From Botryllus schlosseri (Eukaryota), in assembly GCA_051294905.1 (NCBI GenBank), contig CM119378.1:5952001-6016000 (forward strand): a stretch of 64,000 nucleotides of DNA, written 5' to 3'. Below are positions 35,569-47,710 of this stretch, piece after piece. The position numbers and the translations under genes were made by a program. The notes under the pieces were generated by a model. That model worked only from the letters and a program-made list of their open reading frames with translations. It made no database searches and was not told where the DNA came from. Within the stretch, counting starts at the first letter, position 1; each line of letters starts with the position of its first letter.

Positions 35569-36070
35569 TAGGGTTGCATTTAAAACGAGCGGTGTTTACC
35601 TTTTTTTCAAACGTTGTCTAATTATGCTATAAATATGTAAATGCGTCCGAAAAACCACGTAGTATGAGACTATGGACGATTTGCAGGAACAATTGTCGAC
35701 GTATACAATATAGGGTGGCTGGAACCCAGGAAATCGTCGTCAGTTTGGTACGGAATTTGTGTTCTGATGATGATGACAGCCGACCGTAAATATGCTGCAT
35801 AACGATGGATAAAGAAATTTTTCGTCTGTTTTTGACAGTGATCGGAAGCCTTTTCCGTCGAAGGAGCCATATTTACCCTATATTTCCAATTGTCAATGCA
35901 AATCCAATGTGACTCTGTGTATGCTGATTAGCGATTGTGATTAAAGAGTGACATCGCGAAACTGAATGACATCGAATGTTCTCAAACATGTGCATGCATG
36001 CGTAATGGATTTCCGCTGATACTTAATTCGAAAAAAATCGAAACCATCCAATTTTATTTCAACCCCCCTA
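35569..36070. mobile_element. TAGGGTTGCATTTAAAAC-family hAT MITE, copy 1
   Basis: Same left TIR and internal blocks (GTTCTGATGATGATGAC..GAAGCC..GAAGGAGCCATATT) as 49879-50347 and 59259-59760; right end degenerate. Confidence 0.7.
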
Positions 36071-36759
36071 TTATTTTGCGGATGGCTAAGCGCCTGATCA
36101 CGTGAATTTCTGATTGGAGCGAGCTATTATGTCGGCATCAATTCCACTATCAGCTACTCATCCTTCTAGTACTGTGAACCTAAACAGAATAATGGTTCAA
36201 AAGGAATGTAAAGTCTTTGATGCTTCTGCGAAACGACCTGCCAACCTTTCGACCGGTGGTTCTCAACCTTTTTGTCCTCGCGGACCCCTTTCGGACCATC
36301 ACGGACCCCGCGGACCCCCACGAAGTTTTAGTTCAAATTTAGCTCAATTATCGTGCAATCGTCATCTGTTGTGTGCAAATGATAACTAATCGCCTTAGTG
36401 ATAAACATCAACAAAAAGTCTTTTCTTGAAAATAAGATCATACTATTCATGTAGAAATTTGGTTGACTTCTTTTATTTTAAAGCGAATTCGGCAACTGTA
36501 GTTCTTGAAATAAGTGGTTGTGTCTTGAAAATCCGCGCCTTCGAATTGCCATGAACGAGTGCCGAAAGTCCATTTCCACAAATAGAGATGGTGGCGAATG
36601 TAATAATAACGCGGAGCGCGTCCGACGACACATTTCGGTATGATCGCAACAAATATGGCACCAAAATGGACAAACAATTTTTTTTATCTGGCAGCTTATC
36701 TTGAAATTATTTTGGGAAAAATCGTTATCTATCGGTATCACAGTGTTGGAGGTTTACCT

Positions 36760-36935
36760 ATAGGCTCCTCCTCTATCCCTAATCCGCGTAAGCGGTGTCT
36801 TACAAAAGCCTAGAAGTGGGCCGTGCTATAAGTCGGCTGTTACGGAATAAATATGAAGAATATCACCCTGGTGTAAATGACCATAGTAGACGACAAACAC
36901 CATGAATACCTCAAAACAAACAAACAAACAAACAG
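36760..36935 (+). mobile_element. SINE family 2, 3' part with (AAAC)n tail
   Basis: Similarity to 9470-9635 and 51285-51420; ends CAAAACAAACAAACAAACAAAC. Confidence 0.65.
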
Positions 36936-37124
36936 GAAAAATGGATTGTTTTAAGCATTTCGAAGTCACCGTTATCGACCTTACTCATCTTACTTTTCTT
37001 TCCCACAATCCCCAACCAAAGTCTCTAAACAGCAAAATGTGGGCAATTTAGTAATTAAAATGGAAGGAAGGAAGGACGTATAGTTTATTTCTGTCCTTGA
37101 TGTTTTTGCAGCATATACAACGAC

Positions 37125-37396
37125 TCATGATATACATACACACGATCTGTGCATATGCATACCATGAGTGTATGATGTGCATATGCCGCTGGACAAGGAA
37201 GGTGCAGATATAGCCTTGTACGTCTTCCAAAGTCTTGCACCTCCCCTCCATGTTATCCCAATGCATGAGCGACATGCGGTGAAGTCATGGATACCAGTGT
37301 TACTAATCAGGTCTTTGGTCTGACCCGGCCGGGGATCGAACCCACGACCTACCGATCAAGAAGCCAGACGCTTCACCATTACGCTATCTTGTCGGT
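37125..37396 (-). mobile_element. tRNA-derived SINE family 1, copy 2
   Basis: Reverse complement gives ACCGACAAGATAGCGTAATGG..GGGTTCGATCCCCGGCCGGGTCAGACCAAAGACCTGATT, matching 9112-9405. Confidence 0.85.
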
Positions 37397-39348
37397 AAAA
37401 TGATCTGCACAGTAGGATATTTCATCTCAGACGGCCATTCTGTTGATTTGAGCTCTGGAGTTTTAGTAGTAATGAAGCGAAACTTCCTCGCGATTTTCCG
37501 AATTAAAAAAATACAAATTAAGGTATCAAATATTTTAAGGCTTCGCGGACCCCCTGAAAATGCTCCGCGGACCCCCGGTTGAGAACCGCTGCTTTAGACT
37601 CTCTACGAAGCTCTGCTACTATTCAGCCCACTTCTGTCGAAGCGGAAAGAGCATTCAGTGCATGGGGACTCTTTGTTACAAAACTCCGGTCCCGTCGAGG
37701 ATTTCACTATTGATGCATTGTGCTTTATGAGAAGGGCGTTGCAGAAGAAGTGAACATTAAATCTGCGTGATTGTCCTCGTATTCGCTCGTACTGCGCGTG
37801 TACGTAGATCTACAATAACACAGTGTAATGATTTTACGATTCGTTTTTCATGTAAACCTCGTAAGAATCGATTGTCTCACTTAGCAGTTATCATCCGGTT
37901 AACCGGTTAGTTAAATTTCAAATATACGGATATATCCGTTGTCCGTATAGGGAAAATTATTGATATCCGAACTAACCCTAATTAACCCGAACTGTCGTAA
38001 GGTTGCAAATAACCATTGGCATGTGAAGAAGCGCTATACATCAGGACGTATATTGTAGGAGACCACGGCTGATATATTGCCACTGGTAACGGGGATAAAT
38101 TTTGCCCTGTTACCAGAGTGCGTTTTATTTTGCTCTATTTGCCACTTTCTTGACATATAACGGATTATTGACCAAATTGCGTATACCTTTTCTTCTATGT
38201 TATGTTATTTTCATCCCATTCTGTATTTGTACCAAATTCCTGATCCGTCGTCAACGGTAGCTTCTTGTGCTCATCCCTGTACAAAATGCCGCATAAATTT
38301 GCTCTGAGAATGCTCCATAGACTGATTACGAACTATTCTCGATCACCGTGAATATTGTCCACGTACGATCCAATGTATTTGATTAATTAATTATATACTT
38401 CACCAAGTTGTTTTGATTCATCTTCCTTTTCCTTGCAGTGTCGCTATCTTGTGATTTTTAATATGATAAAAATCACTAACACCAGATTAAATGTTAAATT
38501 ACAAATCATCGAACTGGATATTATTTGGTCAATATTTTACACGATGAATAGGACCTTTGGTCACGACAAACTTCCATAGCTATAGCTCCCCTAACAGACC
38601 TATACAACGCATGTTGAATTTTATGAACAATAGTTTATTCTGCGCGGATTTCAAAACTGTTGTGATAATAGTGCAAAAACAAATGAACTCAATACCACGT
38701 ACACGAATATCACAGATGTCAGTGAATGGATCAACTCGGCCCCAAAATTGAAACCACGAGAAAATGTCATTGGTCTAACTTCATTCCTCTGAAACACTAT
38801 GATACGCACCTTATAACGAAAATAAATTAAGAATAAAACGCGACTTGGTTGCGAATAATTTAAAATCTTTTCACAGTTTATTACAGCAGATAAACGTTAT
38901 TTAGCGGCACTGATATGTTTGTTGATGGCCCGAAGTCATTCAGATGCTCCGCTCGATTATACGCGGCGAACATTCTCGCTTAGTTTGTTGAGTAGACCCA
39001 ACCACGTTATCCTCTTGTTCCGAAGGTATCCACTTTCGTAGAACATTCATTTATCATCACGCATATCTGACATACTTTCATCTGCACGGCATGATCCGCC
39101 ATCCGAGAATCTGCTGAGAGACAAGACGGATGACAATTAACGCATGAATGTAAAATATGTATAATATTCGTGAAAGATATCAACTAATGAGATTCTGTCA
39201 GACATTACTGAGTCTGACATATGTAGGCTACACATTCTCTGTGCGCGTGTGGGGAGGAGGAGTGTACTTATTATTATCTTATTACTTGCAGTTTCACTGA
39301 ATACGGAGACTTATCAACTGAGTATACCTAATGCAGCGAACCTATGCT

Positions 39349-40922
39349 TTATAGAATTTTTAAGCGTAGATCAAAATATTTCAAAGGATGCCTACCGATT
39401 TTGCCGCATCCTCCTTGATTTGCAATAGCGCATATGGGGGCAATGCAAAACTGTCTCAGCCAACCGATATGTCCTCTCGGCCTTGTGGTAGTTTTGACAG
39501 TAGTGGTTGTGGTCGTAGTCGTAGCGATTGCAGTGGTGGCCGGTTCTTCGGTGGTGTCCGGTTCTTCGCTGGTAGCTGCAATTGTCATCCTGGGCGGTGG
39601 TTTGACGAATAGACCTAACCATCTTCTTACACGGGTTGGGATCTGGAATTGAAGATATCGCAGTGAATATCATCAATAGGTGCATGTTCGGGATTGTTCG
39701 CGCAGTAATATCGTACCTTGTCGTCAGCTTTAGTGCCATCTTCGGTACCGTCGGCATCGAGATGATTTTCCTTCAGTACGTCAATAATCGCGTCGGCCTG
39801 CAGAAGAAAGTAGGATTTAACAATTTCGTAGAGGTGATTATAGAAAGATGTTTTTTCGGAGGATTTTTCCGCTCAAAACGGATTATTCCTGCTCGAGGTT
39901 ATAATCTGCATCGTTATTATCTGACGCCTTATTGTTCATTTTTAAATGAACACTCGAATTAACATCGGTACTTCTGCCTCAAGGCATTAAACGTTAGGTG
40001 TGTTGCTGCAGTTGGAGCTTACGGTATTCATAAATGTCTATGGCTTGCAGATTGATGTTTACTTCGTGAAATCGTGATAAAATTAGAGAAGCATAGGCGA
40101 CAGGGATGTAATAGAATAAGCGATTCTACGCTATATATATATTCAGTACATCCCAATAGACAATTGCACTTCCATTTTGAGTAGGCCTATATATCCACTG
40201 TAGTTGTTGGAATTTATCCACGCAAGACAAAATACTTGACCTTAATCGGCGGTGTGGAATTGCAATGCAGTGAACTCATATCGAAAATGCATGCAGAATA
40301 AAGGATACATTCATCGATATATCCTGTTAGTGCAGTAGCGACAATTTATGGTTTCCGTTTGTGTGAAACAATCGCGGACATAGTATTATATAAAACTCAA
40401 GCAATACATTTGGTGGGTTAGTAAACATTTCACCGATAAGCGGGCATGATATTTCGATCATGCTCTAACGTACGGTCATATAAGGTTTGGGCATCTGCTT
40501 GTTCCTCTTCTGGTTTAATTTTTCCGTCGTCACACTGATCATGACTTGCGCTTCTAAGTATTCGGCCTATCAAGTTAAAATGAGCATGTCAAACACAGGG
40601 TGATGTCACGTTGTCATGCAATGAAACAACGAAAAAGTTCCATGATAATAAAAATAAAACGTATTTAAGAAGTAGTCATCGCGTTAACTTACCAGTGGCA
40701 GCATGTCTTCGCACGTTGGATATTTATAGTCCCAAGTACCGTCTCCGCGGCACACTGCCTCGCAATGTCGGACCTTATTACTGAAGTCCAATGGACATTT
40801 GTACAAGTGTTGGCAAAATCCATCAGCACCCAGTTTATCTTTTCCTTCGGGGCACACGAAACGATTGTCCAACAATAGAGATTCGTTGAAGATTGTGGAT
40901 TTGAATTCGGGAATGTTGCAAC
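39349..40922 (-). CDS. Partial gene: sushi/CCP domain, linker, RVRR furin site, Thr-rich mucin-like segment, Cys-containing tail (5' exons and true 3' end unresolved)
   Basis: Exons 40693-40922 (phase 1-0; CNIPEF..YKCP..AVCRGDGTWDYKYPTC is a sushi C..C..C..G.W....P.C pattern), 40474-40566, 39717-39797, and 39642 down to 39396 (donor) or 39349 (stop). Joined in frame with canonical splice sites: ..GTKADDK|IPTRVRRWLGLFVKPPPRMTIAATSEEPDTTEEPATTAIATTTTTTTTVKTTT.. Confidence 0.65.
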
Positions 40923-43900
40923 CTAATGGACGAAAATGTAAACATATGATTATGTCCGAATACCAATACAATACATAGGGTAGTTTCGCACACAAATTGC
41001 TCTCATGTCGAAAATGTTTTATCTCGTTTGAAAGGTTTCGGTACAGTTAGACTAACACGTCCTAGTTTCCTCATATTATTATTACACGATCCTTTCATTT
41101 AGTTCCGACAAGTGTAATCACAGGCCGCAATCGCAGTGCTATGGTATCACGTTTTGGAAGAAAGATGGTATCGCCGCTACGGAATTTTTCTCGATATAAT
41201 GAAGTATTGCTTTGCGACAGGTCTAAGAGGATTAGATATTTAACCGTACAATGTGGAGTCATTGTATATTAGTGAAGAATGTCTATACGTAATATTTAGT
41301 GTTTCGATCAACGTATTTTTTAATCCATAAATTCAGAAATTATTGCGCATTGTCAGTATCGCGACTATAGTTAACTGTATAAATATACTCGGATTTGACA
41401 AAAATAGATATATTAACACGCAGGCTACCTTTTTATGTGTCAATAGACACGTCTTGCTAAGTACTTGGTCTATTATATTGACATATAGTTTATGCATGCC
41501 TTTGTAGTTAAGTGTGTTTTTTTTCCTTTAACGTAGTTGATGACGTGTTTTCGTTAGACAATAGAAAGTAAAATAGACTATATGTTAGTCACGAACGGAA
41601 GCGCGAATTCATAGATTTTGCGACAAGATATAGGTAATGGTCGAATATATAATTTCCATATCTCAATGGCGGTGAAAGTCCCGCATATACAATTCTCACA
41701 GCTTCGATTCCGATACAGCCGAATTCCAAGACGTAAAGATCCGATAATAATCACGAATGTTGCAATGTCCATTGTCCTTCGATCATATTATGATATTTCA
41801 TGAAATGGGGTTTCGATGGAAAGTAATTTATTACTTTCGCAATATTATATATGATTGTGGGTTATGTAGACTGAACATGATAAGATCAAGATATCGCGGA
41901 ATTTCGGCCACGTTTTCCGCTGCGTGCTACCGTTGTATGTTAATTAGCGGCCGTTTCCGCCAAGTGGAATATTATCGATACTGACTTGGACTCGATAGCT
42001 ATGCAAATTATCTCATTTAGTTTTATTGCCGGGGTTAATGACTTTGAAACTTATTGCTTCTAATTGGCACTTATTTGTGATCTCGGAACGGAAACAATGC
42101 GACTGGCATTTAAGGAGGTCGCCAGTCAACATTCCGGTAGAACACCGGATGTGTTATCGACATAAAGCCATTCACGTCGATCATGAATGTTGGCATTATT
42201 TGCAGAGGCACGCGCGCCGATACCTGGAATGCGACGCGCAACTTGGTGTTAATCTCGAAAGGTACAAATTCTGTGTACAGATTTCCCCAATATAATGATA
42301 GTAATTACTCTTTTTCCAAGACTTGATTAACTTCCTGATGGCTTGAAACACGCATAAATTTCTCATCAGTATAGCACAATCCCTGCATTATTTTTGACTC
42401 TGTACATTCAGTTTATATCAATCGGGATTTCCGTGAGATAAAGTCAAAAATACGGCCGCCAATATTCCCGGACGAAATATTATGCATATTATTTTATTAA
42501 ATATTAAATATCCCTCTTGCTTTTTCAGTTAATATCTTAAAATGGGTCAAAATCCGGCATATAGAACAATTATTAATTTATTCGGCTTGCGGATTAGTCT
42601 TAAATGAATCTGTTTGCCAATTCCATATGTCACATTTCTGTTACAGTAAAATTGATATTACAATTTGTGCCACTGATATAGTTACTAACCTGGCTCTTCA
42701 ACCGGTGCGCTGTTAGTCAAGCAGCATAGCGCTGCAATGATTATAGATGCTTTGCAAATCATTTCTTCTTCGTTAAATCACTTGTCTTGCACACACGCGA
42801 GTATCCGATATCTGATTTTATACTCTCAAATCACGCAAGTCGCTTGTAATGTTTTTTTCATCCGGCCCGCTTCTTATATCTATACACAAGCTTGAAATCA
42901 GAAGAAAAAAGAACGTTCGGTATTTGCTGAAAGTTTCCGTGTCTGTATGGTAAAAATATGTCTCGTGACTGGAAGCAGAATGCGAGAGTTCTTCTACACA
43001 GTCATGATTTTTAGATTTTATCTTTTTTAACGGCGGTGCATTTACCGCTGAGCACAAATGTATTGATGTATTTTTTTACGGTGTATTATCATGGAGAGTA
43101 TCATACTACTGCTAACAAATTGCGTTGATTCATGGTTTCACGGGACAAGTCTTGCGATTGTGGGTCAATTATACGCTCATATATATTTTTTCTAATGTGC
43201 TGCGATCATGACTATCGCTGTCCCGTGAAATGTATCATCGATTACTTATTTTTCCATGCGTTAAACACGCTGTAGAATCATCTAGTAGTTTATTTCGTGG
43301 TCTTGTTGCAAGTTGTATATCGGTCATCATGCTGATTCAGCAAATGTCCGAAATCGCTGGCCATCTCCTTATACGATCATCCCCATCTGAGTTCTACATC
43401 GTAATTGACGACAATTCCCGGAAAATGTTCGGAATTATTGGCCTATACGTTATGCTATATGCTATGCACTTCCGCCGAAGGACCTTTTAACGGATTGATC
43501 GCAATAGGAATGGGCTTTTCCGCATATACAAGCATCGAAACTGCAATATAGACTAATATATAGTGATACCCAGCATAAAATTTCTTATTACCTTCAAAGC
43601 TTCCAAACATCTTTAATAGTAAACCTCGGTATCTTGGATTTATTTAATTTTTAGGCCGGACGTGGTTTATATGGTGAAATGAATGGCGTACAATGATCGT
43701 TACCATATCCAGCTTCCCGTTTCTGGAGGGTAGATTGTATCTCTTAACACTACGACCTTGGCATGAACATGTTTACGTCTGGATAAAGTTTTATGATATA
43801 AATTCTCACGGATAGGTTGGCAGTAGTTTGTCAATATTTATTACAACTGGTTCGAAGCGTTCATTATGCCCGTCACGGCCGCCATACACCTATATTGACA

Positions 43901-45129
43901 TGAACAATCACAAATGATGTACATAGTGGTAACAGACACAGATCTATGTTAGTAGCGTTCAATCTTCAAATAAAATATGGAAGATTCATTGGACTTATCG
44001 GTTTCTTCTGGGCTGTGTGCGACATTTATTTCTCATTCTGAAACCACAGTTTAAAATTGAGAATATTTGTTGTATCGTAAATTAATTGCCATTCGATTTC
44101 CTGGCTTAGCAGGACTCAAATTCCATCTATCAGATTATAAACGTGCCGACTCGGCCAGATTCCATATCCATTCGAGAGAAGTTTGTGATTTCAAAGGGAG
44201 CTTGGCTAATTTCTCGTGTCTCATGGAGCAATATGTAGTTAGTACTACCCAGAGCGGTTTTTATGTTCTACTGATAGAATTCAGATTTCTCTTCTTTTCT
44301 TGTATTGACGCTATAAATATTAGATTTGCAGTGAATCCTGACAGTTATCGGGACGTCAGAACTTAGGCAAAAGAATTTGTTCTGCCCTCAATATCATGTT
44401 TGGTAAATATATAACTTCTTCGAAACATTTATAACAAGGCATATAAGTCCTTTTTGAAAACATTCCTTGTATTCGTATAATAACTCTCTGCGTGCCAAAA
44501 CAACTCAGCAAGTAGATCCTTACCTGACCTACGACTAAATTCGCCGAGGGATTAAATTATGGATCGATTAACGGTTGGCTATAATTTGCTTTGGAATTAA
44601 TCGTGATCTGCCACAGACGTTTGCTCGAACTATCGCGGTAATCGATAACGAACGAATCTATTCTCATTACTTAGTACGATAAGCGTCAGTGTATATGTCA
44701 AGCACTTCACTGCGAGGTTACAACCATTTATGGCTAAAATCTTAAATAAAACCGATTTACTATATGTCCCCGGGCAATTTCTTACTGTATCGGGGCAGTA
44801 TTTTATGGAATATCCGTGCGTCAGAAATCTGTGATACCAACTGTTGCAGTGCGATTAGAACGTACTCTATGGAAAATAATTTGATTACCATTTCGTGTTC
44901 ATGATCTTTCAGTTTCTTTCCCCGTCTAGTTATGCTTACACTGTATTTGCAATGAATATAGCTTCCACAATTTTCAGCTAGTATCATACCATATGTAAGT
45001 AAAGTCGTTGCGTCTTTGTTATCGCCACTGGACGTTATTCACGCTTAGATATTCGTGTTCGGTCAAGAAGCCAAACGATTTCATCTTTATAAATACAATC
45101 AATCTGATTTATGAACGAAATGGAATTCC

Positions 45130-45410
45130 GTCAAGATAGGGTAATGTGGAGCGTTCGTATTCTTGTTCGATAGGTCATGGGTTCAAATACCCGGCTGGGT
45201 CAGATCAAAGACCTGATTAGCAAAACTGGTCCCAGTGACTTCCCCGCTCGGCACTCAGCATTTCGGGGATAACATGGAGGGATGGTGCAAGACCTAGAAA
45301 ACCTTGCAAGCCTATAGCGTCTCCTTCCTTGTCCAGGAGCATATGTACATCATGCATTCATGCAGTCCATACGCACAGATCACGTGTTGTGCATGTCATG
45401 TATCTTGAGT
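45130..45410 (+). mobile_element. tRNA-derived SINE family 1, copy 3
   Basis: CAAGATAGGGTAATG..GGGTTCAAATACCCGGCTGGGTCAGATCAAAGACCTGATT..GCTCGGCACTCAGCATT..GATAACATGGAGGG..CCTTCCTTGTCCAG. Confidence 0.85.
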
Positions 45411-47710
45411 TGGTGTGTTTGCCGCAGAAATCCAGAACAAAAATACATAACGTCCTAAACGCCATCAGTGAACGTGACAGCGTATGTATAAACGGATCTG
45501 CGGGTATATTTTGGGCGATGGCAATATTGACATGCGTGTGTCGATTGTAGCAATATAACATCGTCCGATTATGCTACTCGCAAAGTCATAATGCGGTTGC
45601 GCTGATAGTGCACGCCAGGGGCGTTCCTCGATTAAACATATATGCCCGGTGCATAAAAATACGATGTCACGATACGGTCAATCAACACAAACATAATCAC
45701 GATGATTAGGACTTGTGTATCTGTTTCTTCGATTGTTTTATTTTCTCATCACAACCCGACAATGCATATTATCACCGTTGTTTCGACTATGACAATATCA
45801 TGCCAACTCGAATTAATTATTTGGTAATGGCAACCATGCCAACATTCAACTCGTAGACAAGCCAGTATTTTACTTCATACCGTAGGGGGATTTTGCGATT
45901 CTTGGAAAACCTAGAATTCCGCAGAAGTAAAACATTCCCCGAGCGGGAGGGGCTAGTTCCATGAAAAAACATTCTTTCCTAAATTCATTGTACGTTAGAT
46001 ATTGACTACGCAGTATTAATGCTTTGGAATCTATAGACGGAGCATTCGTATTTACATCAAAGCAGTTGCAACAAATACCTTTTCTCCTTATCTTTCTCAG
46101 AATACCAATAGTTTGCGAACCATGCTGCTTGATAAAATAATATGCGTACTTTCCGGTCTTGTTGGTCGGACATCCGCTCGACCATTTTGTCTTTGTGGAT
46201 TTGATTAATATGTGCATCATTCATAGAAATGCGTTTATACTTTCACGATCTCGCAATAGTTATACAGACTGCTGAAAGCTGTGACGCTTGAATATCGTAA
46301 GCATTTTAAAGAAAACAGACATAAAATTTCAGGATGTTCGTGCACGGAACTACAAGCATCGATGACTATCATGCAAGCGTGTATTCCGGAAGTGCATTGT
46401 TACCGGTGAACCGGTTGACATTGATTTCAAACGAATCATGGGCATGTGAAACCGAAATCTTATATTATTTCGTAATTTTATGACGCAATTCCTATTCAAT
46501 CCGTCACTGCCATGCCCTATACTGAACCTTAGAAATTATTAAATTCAATGTATTTCACTATAATCGTCGTTTTGAAGTCCGCACGTATTTTCTTGCGTGC
46601 GATGGTTACGAAAGTCAGGGCAGCATGGGATGAACCGTCGCGACCCAAATGCGAAAACACACGTTTGTCCTTTTGATGCGTGTTGGTCGCATTCGCGACC
46701 TTTGTCAATCTGTCGGCGTTATATTTCTGATAGAGTGAAGTGATGTAATGCGAAGTTACGAGAAAGTACGCATAGAGTTATGGTTTCGACTTGGTTGTGT
46801 TGGGTGATGACAAATGAATTATATTTACTGTTATACTATTTAGATGAAGACGTTCACACGGATTGCTTATTCTGAAATCTCGATGCTTTATTGAAAACTA
46901 GAATGGTAGGCAAATTCTCTTTTATGACTTCTCATGCAAATCCGACCATTAGCTTTTCTTATTTTTCGATACTAACAACCTAATATAGATCCGCCTTATC
47001 AGTTTTGATTGACTAAAATTTCAGTGCACAGCTGCTACATTGCCAAGCAATGCTAAAAACAATTGTCACTCAAAGGCGAATGCAAAACACAAGTATCTTC
47101 ACGCAAGCTGCCATCTGTGTCACGTCACAGATGTAAAATCCGCAGGAAGTCCGAACGGACCACCCCATCTGCACCACTCCGGTCAACAGATACGCTTCTG
47201 ACGCACTGTTCTTCCGGGGATGTAGTTTGGATTCACAGAAATTGCGACGGTTCATCCAGTGATTTGCTTATTCTTTCAATGGAAACCGAGCATTTTGATC
47301 AGTGTATTTCCCGGAAAATCCAAGTATTGCATAAGATTGACTCGTTTTGCGCGCAAATAATCTCTTTCCTGTCTGAATCAACACGTCACGTGGACATGCA
47401 GTATGGCCAACCCATTCCAAGGCAGCAGTGTTTGAGTCGTAGAATTCAAGATTTTAAGCATATACCATCATGAAACCGGATTTTATTTGGCATTCGTGCT
47501 AATTGATATTTCGCTTTTGACACGAAATAAGACGGAATATGTACCTTGTAGTTAACGAGTTCATGGGTGGTCACTGCTCATATAGCTGCATATCTTCCTT
47601 GTCCAAGATTAGCAGGGTATTAGCACGAACTCTTATTAAACAACTGCGAATCAATACCTAAACAGTCAATTATTGTTAAATTCTACTCAACACGCAGTAC
47701 AAGTCATTCA

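Larger units (their letters stand above)
36254..37591. mobile_element. hAT (Buster/Charlie-type) MITE carrying two nested SINEs
   Basis: TIR CGGTGGTTCTCAACC / GGTTGAGAACCGCTG; CGCGGACCCC subterminal repeats; TSD CTTTCGAC / CTTTAGAC (7/8). Confidence 0.85.

Noticed and set aside
36200-36222. miR-1-like GGAATGTAAAG match
   Set aside because: Only the seed-side 11 nt match and no precursor hairpin was seen.
38083-38116. Small hairpin CTGGTAACGGGG..GCCCTGTTACCAG as a Helitron 3' end or terminator
   Set aside because: No CTRR terminus at the expected distance and no second copy in the window; rho-independent terminators do not apply to this eukaryotic DNA.
39392-39757. 121-aa alternative-frame ORF (His/Tyr/Arg-rich)
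   Set aside because: Overlaps the Thr-rich exon in another frame and spans a well-formed 74-bp intron; not phase-compatible with the upstream exons.
47063-47473. 136-aa plus-strand ORF and cluster of CRE/ETS/E-box-like motifs as a promoter
   Set aside because: No homology signal in the ORF, and short motifs occur by chance. Cannot be supported without TSS data.
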